From Accumulibacter sp. (GTDB lineage: Bacteria > Pseudomonadota > Gammaproteobacteria > Burkholderiales > Rhodocyclaceae): a DNA stretch of 64,000 bases. The stretch spans positions 2,959-66,958 of the forward strand of contig JAEUOM010000030.1 of NCBI GenBank assembly GCA_016788495.1. Reading direction: 5' to 3'. The notes under the pieces are model-generated. The model was given only the letters and a program-made list of their open reading frames with translations, did not search any database and was not told the origin of the DNA. Both the position numbers and the translations under genes were made by a program. Below, one piece after another: positions 32,684 to 43,138 of the stretch. Each line of letters begins with the position of its first letter. Positions within the stretch are counted from its first letter, which is position 1.

Positions 32684-32844
32684 CGGACCACCCTCTCCCT
32701 GTTGGCGGAAGCCACAACGTCCCGCCTGCCTCGCATCGACCGGATGATATCACCGCTGCAGTCGCGGTTTGCACTAAGGGACGCTCCGCTGGCGCAGCGC
32801 GAGCCACCGCCCGCATGCTGCCCCTGCCCGTCGGCGCTGGCCGG

Positions 32845-33702
32845 CTAGTCCTGGAAACGCATCGACAGATCGAGCGCCCGAACATCCTTGGTCAGGCCAC
32901 CGATCGAGATGCGGTCCACGCCGGTCTCGGCGATCGCGCGGACGGTTTCGAGGCTGACATTGCCCGATGCCTCGAGCACCGCGCCACCAGCGGCAAGCAC
33001 CACCGCGGCACGCAACTGATCCAGGCTCATGTTGTCCAGCAGGATCATCTCGACACCACAGGCGAGCGCCTGCCGCAACTCGTCGAGATTCTCCACCTCG
33101 ACCTGCACGAACTGGCAGACTTCGCCGGCAGCAGCGGCGATCCGCTTTGCCGCCGCCAGCGCGCCGGCGATGCCGCCGGCGGCAAGGATGTGGTTCTCCT
33201 TGATCAGGATCCCGTCGTAGAGGCCGAGCCGATGATTGCCGCCACCTCCGCAGCGGACGGCATACTTCTGCGCCAGCCGCAGTCCGGGAACCGTCTTGCG
33301 CGTGTCGACCACCTGCGCCCGCGTTCCCGCCACCCGATCGGCGTACTGCCGGGCCTTGGTCGCGACGCCGGAAAGCAGTTGCAGGAAGTTGAGCGCACTG
33401 CGCTCGCCGGTCAGCAGCGCGCGCGCTGGCCCCTCGATCGCGCACAGCAACTGGCCCGGCCTGATCCGTTCGCCATCACGCACCTGCCAGGCGATGCGAA
33501 CCGTCGCGTCGAGCTGCCGAAAACAGGCCGCGAACCAGGCAGAGCCGCAGAGGATGGCGTCCTCGCGCGCAATCACCGTCGCCCGCCCGGTCGCCGCAGC
33601 CGGCACCAGTTGCGCGGTCAGGTCGCCGCTGCCGACGTCCTCGGCCAGCGCTGCGGCAACGTTGCGTTCGACTTCGCCCTCGAGCATGGCTGCAAAGGTC
33701 AT
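32845..33702 (-). CDS. nadC: Nicotinate-nucleotide pyrophosphorylase (carboxylating)
   Basis: [42 protein letters not shown]. Confidence 0.96.
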   Translation of the reverse strand: MTFAAMLEGEVERNVAAALAEDVGSGDLTAQLVPAAATGRATVIAREDAILCGSAWFAACFRQLDATVRIAWQVRDGERIRPGQLLCAIEGPARALLTGERSALNFLQLLSGVATKARQYADRVAGTRAQVVDTRKTVPGLRLAQKYAVRCGGGGNHRLGLYDGILIKENHILAAGGIAGALAAAKRIAAAAGEVCQFVQVEVENLDELRQALACGVEMILLDNMSLDQLRAAVVLAAGGAVLEASGNVSLETVRAIAETGVDRISIGGLTKDVRALDLSMRFQD

Positions 33703-33760
33703 GAGGAATCCCGTAAACTAGCGTCAACTGGCCGGATCTTATCACCAATGGGAGACACCA

Positions 33761-35239
33761 ATGCTCGACCTGCTGCTCGTCACGACGGGCGTCCTGCTCG
33801 CACTGGCTTTCGCCGGAGGCCTGGTCTACCTTTACGTGCAGGACGTGACGCAGGAAAGGCATGCGGTCCTGCGCAACTTCCCGCTCGTCGGCCACCTGCG
33901 CTACCTGTTCGAGAGCCTGGGCGAGTACTTCAGGCAGTATTTCTTCCTGGGCGACCGCGACGAGATGCCCTTCGACCGGGCAACACGGAGCTGGGTCTAT
34001 CGCATGGCGAAGAACCAGGGAGGAATCATCGGCTTTGGCTCGACCTACCGTATCCACGAGGCGGGAGCACTGGTATTCGTCAACGCACCCTTCCCGGTTC
34101 TCGACGAGGAACAGCGACCGACGCCGCCACTGCCCATCGGCGAGGGCTACTGCCGGACCCCGTTCAGCGGCCGCTCGCTGGTCAACGTCAGCGCCATGAG
34201 TTTCGGCGCCATTTCCAGACCGGCCGTGCAGGCGTTGTCGCGCGGCGCGGCCGCCGCCGGCTGCTGGCTGGATACCGGGGAAGGCGGCCTGTCACCCTAT
34301 CATCTCGAAGGCGGCTGCGACATCATCTTCCAGATCGGAACCGCCAAGTACGGCGTCCGCGATGCCAGCGGACAGCTTTCCGACCAGCGCCTGCGTGAGC
34401 TGGCGGCACACGAATGCGTCCGCGCCTTCGAGATCAAGCTGTCGCAGGGAGCAAAGCCGGGCAAGGGAGGAGTCCTGCTGAGCAACAAGGTGACCCGCGA
34501 AATCGCCGACATTCGTGGCATCCCGCTGGGCAAGGATTCGCTGAGCCCCAACCGTCACCGCGATGTCGCCAACATCGACCAGTTGCTCGACCAGGTCGAG
34601 CACGTCCGTGCGACGACCGGCAAGCCGGTCGGTGTCAAGACCGCGATCGGCGGCAGCGCCTTCATGGACGAGCTCACGGCGGCCATCGCGCGCCGCGGTC
34701 TGCACGCCGCACCCGACTTCCTGACCATCGATGGTGGCGAGGGCGGCAGTGGTGCGGCGCCACAGGCGCTGGCCGACCACATGGCCCTGTCGATCGACGA
34801 AGCGCTGCCGCTGGTGGCCGATGCACTGATCGCCAGCGGCCTCAAGCAACGGATTCGCCTGATCGCAGCCGGCAAGCTGGTGACTCCGGCTCGGGTTGCG
34901 TGGGCACTCGCAGCCGGTGCCGATTTCGTCAACACGGCACGCGGCTTCATGTTTTCGCTCGGCTGCATCCAGGCTCTGCGCTGTCACGCCAACACTTGCC
35001 CGACTGGGGTCACTACGCATGACCCACGCCTGCAACGCGGCCTGGTCGTCGAAGACAAGGCGGAACGGGTTGCCGCCTACTGCCACAACATGAACAGGGA
35101 GATCGAGATGATCGCCCACTCCTGCGGTCTCCCGCACGCGCGCGGACTGCGCCGCGAGCACGTCCGCATCGTCCAGCCCTCGGGGCGCAGCATCCCTCTC
35201 GACACCCTCCATCCCTACCCCGGCGCGGCGACCAATTGA
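33761..35239 (+). CDS. FMN-binding glutamate synthase family protein
   Basis: N-terminal TM, SAMSFGA, DTGEGG, EIKLSQGAKPGKGG, GCIQALRCHANTCPTG. Confidence 0.9.
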   Translation: MLDLLLVTTGVLLALAFAGGLVYLYVQDVTQERHAVLRNFPLVGHLRYLFESLGEYFRQYFFLGDRDEMPFDRATRSWVYRMAKNQGGIIGFGSTYRIHEAGALVFVNAPFPVLDEEQRPTPPLPIGEGYCRTPFSGRSLVNVSAMSFGAISRPAVQALSRGAAAAGCWLDTGEGGLSPYHLEGGCDIIFQIGTAKYGVRDASGQLSDQRLRELAAHECVRAFEIKLSQGAKPGKGGVLLSNKVTREIADIRGIPLGKDSLSPNRHRDVANIDQLLDQVEHVRATTGKPVGVKTAIGGSAFMDELTAAIARRGLHAAPDFLTIDGGEGGSGAAPQALADHMALSIDEALPLVADALIASGLKQRIRLIAAGKLVTPARVAWALAAGADFVNTARGFMFSLGCIQALRCHANTCPTGVTTHDPRLQRGLVVEDKAERVAAYCHNMNREIEMIAHSCGLPHARGLRREHVRIVQPSGRSIPLDTLHPYPGAATN

Positions 35240-35361
35240 GCAAGAAGTCACGGTAACAGCGGAAGCACTCGCCGGCGACACCGGACACCGCCCTCTGTTG
35301 CACCTGCCGGAATCAGCTGCCATGCGCTGCGCGCCCTGGCAGCCCGGGAAACGCCTGACGG

Positions 35362-35922
35362 TCAGAGTGCTTCGGCGAGCCAGGCATCACTCGGCAGATC
35401 GGGCACCCCGGGGGTGATGAGGAAGCGCGTCATGGCACGCGGATTCATCAGGCCGACACCCCCCCCTTGCGCCAGGCGATAGTGGAGCGCCGGCCGTTCG
35501 AACAGGCCGGTCAGGTGCATCAGCCGTTCGGCAAGGGCCGGCTTGCGGGCGCCTGCAGCGACCATGTAGAGCACATGGCCGCCAGTGAAGAAAAACTCGA
35601 TGCGCACGCTGAAGTGATCGCCGTTCAGGCCGCCGACAAAGGGCTCGGCGCGCTGCTCCGGCGTCAGCGCCGTCAGGCTCAGACTGTGCTGGCTGGGCAG
35701 ATACTCTTCAAGGTCGCGTGCGGTCTCAATCTCGATGCAGGCGATCGCCGCAGCAGCAAAAACCTCGGTCTGCACGCCCGAACCGATGATCAGCGGCTTG
35801 CCGCGGAACAGTTGCCCACTGCCCCGCAGGCTGTCGACAATGGCCTCGAGACTGCTTTCATTGGCGGGCACGAAACGCCGCGCACGGTTCGCGGTGGTAA
35901 TCACGGTGATGTTGCTGGTCAT
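35362..35922 (-). CDS. Hypothetical protein (186 aa)
   Basis: Clean ORF with globular composition, GGAG upstream, follows the adenosyltransferase gene. Confidence 0.7.
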   Translation of the reverse strand: MTSNITVITTANRARRFVPANESSLEAIVDSLRGSGQLFRGKPLIIGSGVQTEVFAAAAIACIEIETARDLEEYLPSQHSLSLTALTPEQRAEPFVGGLNGDHFSVRIEFFFTGGHVLYMVAAGARKPALAERLMHLTGLFERPALHYRLAQGGGVGLMNPRAMTRFLITPGVPDLPSDAWLAEAL

Positions 35923-35972
35923 CCTGGCACTCCATCGATCGGACGCATTGCCCGCTCCCGCCGCAAGCCTTC

Positions 35973-36533
35973 TCAGTCACCGCTACGGTGCTTCCCCTGC
36001 ACCCAGAGTACGTCGCCACAACCGGCGGCGCGGTTCAGCGCACGACCGAGGACGAACAACAGGTCGGACAGGCGGTTGAGGTACTTGCGCGCGAAGTCCG
36101 AGACCGTCTCGCTGCGTGACAGGTGCACCACATGACGCTCGGCGCGGCGGCATACCGTCCGGGCAAGGTGTGCCAGTGCGGCGGCCCGGCCGCCGCCGGG
36201 GAGAATGAAGTCCTTCAGCGGCGGCAAGCCGTCGTTGAAACGCTCGACGAGATCCTCGAGGCGGCCCACCTGGGCATCGCTGATCATGTTCATTCCCGGA
36301 ATGCACAGTTCCCCCCCGAGATCGAAGAGGTCGTGCTGAACACCGGTGAGTGCCTGCCGGATGTCGTCCGGAATCTCCTCGGTCAACAGCACGCCGATCG
36401 TCGAATTGAGTTCATCGACCTGGCCGATCGTCTCGATGCGCAGACTGTCCTTGGCCACACGTGTGCCATCACCAAGACCGGTGGTACCGGCATCACCGGT
36501 CCGCGTGACGATTTTCGACAAACGATTGCCCAT
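35973..36533 (-). CDS. PduO/MMAB-type cob(I)alamin adenosyltransferase
   Basis: KIVTRTGDAGTT, GQVDELNS, QHDLFDLGGEL, FILPGG, YLNRLSD. Confidence 0.93.
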   Translation of the reverse strand: MGNRLSKIVTRTGDAGTTGLGDGTRVAKDSLRIETIGQVDELNSTIGVLLTEEIPDDIRQALTGVQHDLFDLGGELCIPGMNMISDAQVGRLEDLVERFNDGLPPLKDFILPGGGRAAALAHLARTVCRRAERHVVHLSRSETVSDFARKYLNRLSDLLFVLGRALNRAAGCGDVLWVQGKHRSGD

Positions 36534-36582
36534 GGAGACGTTCCTGATCAGAATATCGAAGATTATAGACGAAGGAGCGTTC

Positions 36583-37410
36583 GTGACCCGCCCCGCACTG
36601 AAACTGAGTGCCAACCTGAGTTTCCTGTTCACCGAGTTTGACTTCGGCGAGCGTTTCGAACGCGCCGCACGGGCAGGTTTTAGCGGCGTGGAGTACATGT
36701 TTCCTTACGCCTGCGATCGCGACGAGTTGTGCGCCCTGCTGCGCGAAAACGGCCTGCTGCAGGTCCTGCACAACCTGCCGGCAGGCGACTGGGCGGCAGG
36801 CGAGCGAGGAATCGCCTGCCTGCCGGGACGTGAAGCCGAATTCCGCGAATCGGTGGCGCTGGGAATCGACTTCGCACGCACGCTGGGCTGCCGCCAGCTC
36901 AACTGCCTTGCCGGCATCGCGCCGGCCGGCATTGCCGACGAAGAGCTGCACGCAACCCTGACGGGCAATCTGCGCTACGCTGCCGAGCGCTTGGCGCGGC
37001 ACGACATCCGGCTGCTGATCGAGCCGATCAACAGCCGCGTCGACATTCCCGGTTTCTGGCTCGACACGCCCGCCAAGGGGCTGGCGCTGATCGCCGAACT
37101 GGCAATCCCCAACCTCTGGCTGCAGTATGACATCTACCACGCCCAGGTGATGGCGGGAGACTTGGCACGGACGATCGAAACCCACATCGACCGCATCGCG
37201 CACATCCAGCTGGCCGACAACCCGGGCCGCAACGAGCCCGGTAGCGGCGAAATCAACTACCCCTTTCTCTTCGACCTGCTTGGCCGCCTCGGCTACGACG
37301 GCTGGCTGGGCTGCGAGTACCGGCCAGCTCTGGCGAATACGGAAAGCAGCCTCGGCTGGGCGCGCGAGTGGCTGGCCCCCCTGCCGCGGGCGCGTGCCGA
37401 CCGACCGTAG
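36583..37410 (+). CDS. hyi: Hydroxypyruvate isomerase family protein
   Basis: SANLSFLFTE, LIEPIN, YDIYHAQ, HIQLADNPGRNEPGSGEINY, GCEY; AAGGAG RBS, GTG start. Confidence 0.88.
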   Translation: MTRPALKLSANLSFLFTEFDFGERFERAARAGFSGVEYMFPYACDRDELCALLRENGLLQVLHNLPAGDWAAGERGIACLPGREAEFRESVALGIDFARTLGCRQLNCLAGIAPAGIADEELHATLTGNLRYAAERLARHDIRLLIEPINSRVDIPGFWLDTPAKGLALIAELAIPNLWLQYDIYHAQVMAGDLARTIETHIDRIAHIQLADNPGRNEPGSGEINYPFLFDLLGRLGYDGWLGCEYRPALANTESSLGWAREWLAPLPRARADRP

Positions 37411-37477
37411 CGGCGGCCAGCCCACGGCGGCATTGACCATCGCTGGCCAGCTGCGCGGGTTAGGGCAGGACACGGGA

Positions 37478-39229
37478 TCAATCGTCGGCAAAGACCTTGC
37501 AGAAGCGCAGCTCTTCAGAGTACGGGAAGAAATCTTCGACGTGGCCGGCGCGGATTCTCTCCTGCGTCGTCTGCCAGAACCTGGCGTTCAACAGAGCCCG
37601 ATGGTACTTGAGGAAGGCCGAGCGGACCTTCGCCGAGCCGAGCAGGAAGCTGGCGAACTCCTCCGGGAACACGTCGTAGCGACCGACGGAATACCAGGGC
37701 TCGCCGGACATCTCCATCTCGGGGTACGGCGGCTCCGGAATGGCACGAAAGATGATGTCGGTCATGTACTCGATTTCATCGTAGTCGTAGAAGACCACAC
37801 GTTTGTAGCTCGTCACACCGAAGTTCTTCCACAGCATGTCGCCCGGGAAGATGTTGGCAATCGCCAGCTCCCTGATGGCGTTGCCATACTCCAGGACAGC
37901 CTGGTCGATCTCCTCGGGGGTCGCCGCGTCGAGATAGAGGTTGAGTGGCGTCAGGCGACGTTCGATATAGAGGTGCTTGATCACCAGATTGTCGCCCTCT
38001 TCCTCAAGCAACGATGGTGCCAGTGTGCGCAAGGCTGCGAGGAGTTCGACCGAGAAACGCTTCTTCGGCAGCAGCACCTGCGAGAACTCGAGGGTATCGG
38101 CCATCCGGCCGACTCGGTCCACCTGCTTGACCATCAGATACTTGCGCTTGACCGTGTCGCGGTCCATCTCCTTGCTCGGTCCGAACACATCCTTGATCAG
38201 CTTGAAGACATAGGGGTATGACGGCAGGGTGAACACCAGCATCACCAGGCCGGCAATTCCCGGCGCGATGACGAACTGGTCCTGCGAATGCCGCAGATGG
38301 TGCTTGAGGTCGCGGAAGAAGAGAATCTTGCCCTGCTTGCCGAGGCCGAGCATGGTGTAGATCTCCGACGGTGGCTTGTGCGGCATGATGCTGCGCAGGA
38401 ACTGCACGTAGCCTGACGGGACCTCCATATCGACCATGAAGTAGGCGCGCGAAAGGGAGAACAGGATGCTGATCTGCGTGCTGTCGAGCAGGATGGTGTC
38501 GACCACCAACTCGCCGGCCGGCGAATGCACGACGGCAACGGCGAACGGGTATTCAGCATGGCCGTTGATTCCCTTGCCAAAAATGTAGGCGCCCTTGTTG
38601 CGATAGAACGCCGAGTGGAGGACCTCGATCTGTGCGTTGGCCTCGGCCGCCGGCCACTCGCCCAACCGCTTCCTGAGGGTCCGCATGATGTAATCGACGT
38701 CACGATCGAGATTCTGGAAGGGGCGCTGCCAGTCGAAATCGATGATGATCTGGCAGACGGTGCGGCGCAGTCCGCGGTGTGCCGGATAGTAGCTGCGATA
38801 GACCGGCGGGTATGACTGGATGTACTCAGTCGACACCGCCGGCCGGGCGAAGATGTAATCGTTGTTGAAGTAGGTCCGGTGCAGAATCTTGGTGCACACC
38901 GAGTTGAAGAAGGTCTCGGCAAGCTCGGGCTGCTTGTGGTTGATGAGATGACCGATATAGAAAAGCTTGAGCTGCTGCCAGGTCGCGTCATCGAGCGCCG
39001 CAGCGCCGTAGTTGGCACACAGCAACTCGGCGGTCTCGCTGACGCGATCATCGTAGGAGCGGATACGCTCGCGCACCGCGTCATGAACACCTTTCCAGTC
39101 CGCGGCTTCGAAGAGCAGCTTGGCCTGCTGACCGTAATGGCGAATGATGCGGTAGTGCCGGTTGAAGCCATCGATCATCGCCTCGGCGATACGCCGCGGG
39201 AGCAGGTTTTCAACGCTGGGGAGATCCAT
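37478..39229 (-). CDS. aceK: Isocitrate dehydrogenase kinase/phosphatase
   Basis: ELAETFFNSV, APGIAGLVMLVFT, VFKLIKD, DRVGRMADT, NIFPGDML, VVFYDYDEI. Confidence 0.96.
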   Translation of the reverse strand: MDLPSVENLLPRRIAEAMIDGFNRHYRIIRHYGQQAKLLFEAADWKGVHDAVRERIRSYDDRVSETAELLCANYGAAALDDATWQQLKLFYIGHLINHKQPELAETFFNSVCTKILHRTYFNNDYIFARPAVSTEYIQSYPPVYRSYYPAHRGLRRTVCQIIIDFDWQRPFQNLDRDVDYIMRTLRKRLGEWPAAEANAQIEVLHSAFYRNKGAYIFGKGINGHAEYPFAVAVVHSPAGELVVDTILLDSTQISILFSLSRAYFMVDMEVPSGYVQFLRSIMPHKPPSEIYTMLGLGKQGKILFFRDLKHHLRHSQDQFVIAPGIAGLVMLVFTLPSYPYVFKLIKDVFGPSKEMDRDTVKRKYLMVKQVDRVGRMADTLEFSQVLLPKKRFSVELLAALRTLAPSLLEEEGDNLVIKHLYIERRLTPLNLYLDAATPEEIDQAVLEYGNAIRELAIANIFPGDMLWKNFGVTSYKRVVFYDYDEIEYMTDIIFRAIPEPPYPEMEMSGEPWYSVGRYDVFPEEFASFLLGSAKVRSAFLKYHRALLNARFWQTTQERIRAGHVEDFFPYSEELRFCKVFADD

Positions 39230-39587
39230 GGCAGCCACTCGCGAGCCCAATACGGCGGCATTGTAGCACCGCGCCTGCTGCGCCGCACCAAAGTTGCTGC
39301 AGACGACTTCCGCGGGCGCTGATCCGGTAGCTGGAGAAGCGCGCCCGGAGCCCGTCGGCGGCTCATGGCGAGCCTTCCGGCGGAAGGTGAAGCACTGGCA
39401 AATCGTCGGCATTTGCTACATAATCGCGCGTGGCGCCGCTGGATGGTTTTGCTTCTGACAGAGTCCCTCGTGCCCACAAATCAGCAACGCGGCCGGCCCG
39501 GTTCGCAGCCAGTGAACGCTGGCCTGATGCAGCGATGCTGGTACCCGAACCGGATGATTCACCCACACGACACAACACGGAGTAGGC

Positions 39588-40817
39588 ATGAGCGCAAGTC
39601 TGATCAAAGTCCCACAAGGTGGCCAGAAAATCGTTCCGGGGCAGGCTGTCCCGGATAACCCGATCATCCCGTTCATCGAGGGCGATGGCATCGGCATCGA
39701 CATCACGCCGGTGATGATCAAGGTGGTCGACGCGGCAGTGGCCAAAGCCTATGGTGGGGCCAAGAAGATCTTCTGGATGGAGGTCTACGCGGGCGAAAAG
39801 TCCACGCAGATGTACGGCTCCGACGTCTGGCTATCGCCCGAGACTCTTGATGCACTCAAGGAGTTTTCGGTATCGATCAAGGGTCCGATGACCACCCCGG
39901 TCGGTGGCGGCATCCGGTCACTGAACGTTGCCCTGCGCCAGGAACTCGATCTCTACCAGTGCGTTCGCCCGGTGCGCTACTTCCGGGGTGTGCCCTCACC
40001 GCTCAAGGACCCGGCCAAGACGAACATGGTCATCTTCCGCGAGAACACCGAGGACATCTACGCCGGCATCGAGTGGGAAGCCAATTCCGAGGGCTGCCGG
40101 AAGGTCATCAAGTTCCTGCAGGACGAGATGGGCGTGAAGAAGATTCGCTTCCCGGCCAGTTCCGGCATTGGCATCAAGCCGGTATCGCAGGAGGGGACCG
40201 AGCGCCTCGTCCGCGCAGCGATCAAGTACGCGATCACCAACAAGCGCAAGTCGGTGACGATCGTCCACAAGGGCAACATCATGAAGTTCACCGAGGGTGG
40301 GTTCCGTGACTGGGCCTACGCTCTGGCGAAGAAGGAATTCGGTGGCGTCGAAATCGACGGCGGGCCGTGGCTCAAGCTGCCCAGTGGTATCGTCATCAAG
40401 GATTCGATCGCCGATGCCTTCCTGCAGCAGATTCTGCTGCGCCCGGCCGAGTACGACGTGATCTGCACGACGAACCTGAACGGCGACTACATCTCGGACG
40501 CGCTCGCCGCCCAGGTCGGTGGCATCGGCATCGCACCCGGCGCCAACATCTCGGACGCCTACGCCTGCTTCGAAGCGACGCACGGCACGGCGCCCAAGTA
40601 TGCCGGCCTGGACAAGGTCAACCCGGGTTCGCTGATCCTCTCGGCAGAAATGATGCTGCGCCACCTCGGCTGGTTCGAAGCCGCCGACCTGATCATCGCC
40701 TCGATGGAAGCTGCCATCGGCGACAAGGTCGTCACCTACGACTTCGCGCGCCTGATGGACGGCGCCACCGAGGTCTCATGCTCCGAGTTCGGCGACGCCA
40801 TGATCGCCCGCATGTAG
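39588..40817 (+). CDS. icd: NADP-dependent isocitrate dehydrogenase (dimeric)
   Basis: [53 protein letters not shown]. Confidence 0.97.
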   Translation: MSASLIKVPQGGQKIVPGQAVPDNPIIPFIEGDGIGIDITPVMIKVVDAAVAKAYGGAKKIFWMEVYAGEKSTQMYGSDVWLSPETLDALKEFSVSIKGPMTTPVGGGIRSLNVALRQELDLYQCVRPVRYFRGVPSPLKDPAKTNMVIFRENTEDIYAGIEWEANSEGCRKVIKFLQDEMGVKKIRFPASSGIGIKPVSQEGTERLVRAAIKYAITNKRKSVTIVHKGNIMKFTEGGFRDWAYALAKKEFGGVEIDGGPWLKLPSGIVIKDSIADAFLQQILLRPAEYDVICTTNLNGDYISDALAAQVGGIGIAPGANISDAYACFEATHGTAPKYAGLDKVNPGSLILSAEMMLRHLGWFEAADLIIASMEAAIGDKVVTYDFARLMDGATEVSCSEFGDAMIARM

Positions 40818-40853
40818 GAGCTTGCCGGTGCAAACCCCGGCCTGCCGCAACAT

Positions 40854-40884
40854 CAGGGCCCCCGCGAGGGGGCCCTGCCTTTTT
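40854..40884 (+). terminator. Rho-independent terminator after icd
   Basis: CAGGGCCCCC-GCGA-GGGGGCCCTG perfect stem followed by CCTTTTT. Confidence 0.85.
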
Positions 40885-41215
40885 CGGATGCACCGGCCAC
40901 TGCAGGGGCCTGCGCCCGCTGACCTGAAATCACGGCGGCATCCCGGTCACTTGCCTGCCACATGACGAGCCGCCAGACAGCCGCTTGTCCAGCCGGTCAA
41001 ACGATGCTGTAGAATCGGCGGCGAGTTCTGGAGCGACGAGGCGCGCCGCCGTTCTGACCGGGCGATGCCAGCCGGGGCCGCACACCTCGCCGCTGGCGCT
41101 GCTTGACAGGGCCGGCGAGGGCTGCGGCGTTTTCCCGATGCCAACCCGCGACGACCACCGCGTACCGCAACCGCAGTCCGTCGCCAAACACCTGCTGCCC
41201 AGAGGGAGGCCACCG

Positions 41216-42115
41216 ATGAATCACCGGCTGAGTTTTTCCGTGATCGCGCTGCTCCTGTGCTCCTTCGCCGTCGCCAGACCGCTGCCCGATGATGCGCTCG
41301 AACGCCGCTGCTGGCTGCTCTTCACCGCCGACCGAAGTGCCGTCAACCTGTTCGCCGACTCGACGCCGGTAACGTTCTCGAACCTGCGCGATGGTTTCCA
41401 GGTCCGCAGCCCGCTGTGGGTCGAATTCGGCATCCGCGGCATGGGCGTCATGCCCGCCGGCAACAAGCGCGAGAAGACCGGCCACCACCACTTGCTGATC
41501 GACACGCCACTGCCCGCGTCAGTTGCCGAACCGCTTCCCTTCTCCGACAAGCACCGGCACTTTGGCAAGGGACAGACCGCCGTCGCACTCGAACTGTCGC
41601 CCGGACAGCACAGTCTGCGCCTGCTGTTTGCCGATCACGAACATCGGCCGTATTACGTCTTCAGCCGCAAGATCAACATCACCGTAACCGGTGGCCGAAA
41701 GGACTTGCCGAAGCCGAAGATCGACCCAGCACGCTTTGCCGAGACTTGCCAGGCGTGGTACCAGGACGAGGTCACGACACCACCGGCGGCAGACAGACTC
41801 GTCTACGTGAAGAATCTCCGTGACGGCGAGACGGTCGTCAGCCCGTTCCTGGTCAAACTGGGTGTAATCGGCCTCGGCGTTGCCGCGGAAAAGTCGGCCA
41901 TCCCCGATACCGGATTCTTCCAGGTCGACGTCCGGCAGAATCGCACGCCGCTGCGCAATCTCCGTCTGAGTGACGGCCAGACCGAGGTGGTCCTCGATCT
42001 GGACCCGGGGGATTACGAGGTCGACCTCAGCTTCCTGTCCGGCAACGGTCAGCCGCTGCTGCGCAGCCAGTTGCAGGTGACCGTCGCCAAGCGCCAGACC
42101 GTAGCCCGCCAGTGA
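41216..42115 (+). CDS. Secreted protein with two DUF4399-like domains
   Basis: Signal peptide; FSNLRDG..V.SP..V.FG..GMGV, TGHHHLLID, HFGKGQT, PGQHSLRL; second repeat KNLRDGETVVSPF..GQTE. Confidence 0.8.
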   Translation: MNHRLSFSVIALLLCSFAVARPLPDDALERRCWLLFTADRSAVNLFADSTPVTFSNLRDGFQVRSPLWVEFGIRGMGVMPAGNKREKTGHHHLLIDTPLPASVAEPLPFSDKHRHFGKGQTAVALELSPGQHSLRLLFADHEHRPYYVFSRKINITVTGGRKDLPKPKIDPARFAETCQAWYQDEVTTPPAADRLVYVKNLRDGETVVSPFLVKLGVIGLGVAAEKSAIPDTGFFQVDVRQNRTPLRNLRLSDGQTEVVLDLDPGDYEVDLSFLSGNGQPLLRSQLQVTVAKRQTVARQ

Positions 42116-42412
42116 GGGACGAACGCCCGCATGGCCGGTGCACGAAGATGGACGAAGCGGAGCCTCGCTCCTGCAGCTTCGCCGGGACAGCGACTGCGGC
42201 ATTACGGCGGCGATGCACCCGAGAAGCACCCCCGGGCCAGCGACAGGCGCAGCCGGCACTGCGATGGTAAGATTCGCGGCATCGATTGCGCACCAGCGAG
42301 CCGTGACGGACCCGTGCCGTCCCGCCCCGACACGCCTGCTGACGCCTGCGGGAGGCGGCGCTGCAGGCGGATCGCCGGCGGAGGTGCTTGAACCGGGCAG
42401 GAACCTTGTGAG

Positions 42413-43027
42413 ATGAAGACAGCCTTTCCCCACATCGCCGTGTCGGTGATCTGCATGCTCCTCCTCGCCACGGCGGGCTGCAACCGCGGGCCCGAGGGCA
42501 ACGCCCCAACGCCGCCACCGGCCGTCCGCGTCGAGGAGCCGCCGACGGCGGCAGCCCCACTGGCCGCTGCCGCGGCTCGTGGTGACTTGGGAGCGATCCG
42601 GGCGCAGCTCGAGGCAGGGGCCGAGATCGACGACACCGACGCTCTGGGCAGGACAGCCCTGCACATGGCGGCCTTCTACGGCCGCACCAAAGCCAGCGAA
42701 CTGCTGCTCAACAGCGGCGCGGATATCGAAGCCCGCGACCGCATCGGCATGACACCGCTGCATGCCGCGGTCGTTGCCGGTGGCAGACTCGAAGTTGAAC
42801 TGTTGCTGTCCAGGAAGGCTGACGCCAATGCGCGCAGCGAGACCGGCCAGACTCCGCTCCACTTGGCGGCGGCAACCGGCCAACCCAGGGTCGCGCGCCT
42901 CCTGATCGAAAACGGCGCCGACACGAAGAGCAAGGACAAGAGCGGCAACGCGCCGCTGTTCTACGCCTCGCGGAACAAGCACCCGGTCACCGCGGAAGTG
43001 CTCCGGCAGAACTCGGAGAGGGATTGA
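42413..43027 (+). CDS. Ankyrin-repeat lipoprotein
   Basis: ATAGC lipobox; GRTALHMAA, GMTPLHAAV, GQTPLHLAA. Confidence 0.88.
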   Translation: MKTAFPHIAVSVICMLLLATAGCNRGPEGNAPTPPPAVRVEEPPTAAAPLAAAAARGDLGAIRAQLEAGAEIDDTDALGRTALHMAAFYGRTKASELLLNSGADIEARDRIGMTPLHAAVVAGGRLEVELLLSRKADANARSETGQTPLHLAAATGQPRVARLLIENGADTKSKDKSGNAPLFYASRNKHPVTAEVLRQNSERD

Positions 43028-43138
43028 CCCGAGGGGGGAACGGCTGGCGCTGGCGACGCCAGTCGCCGCACGGCCAACCGGCACGGCAGCGCCCGTTGAG
43101 CCAACCCATCGCCCGCCGGTTCTCGATGCTGCTCAGCG

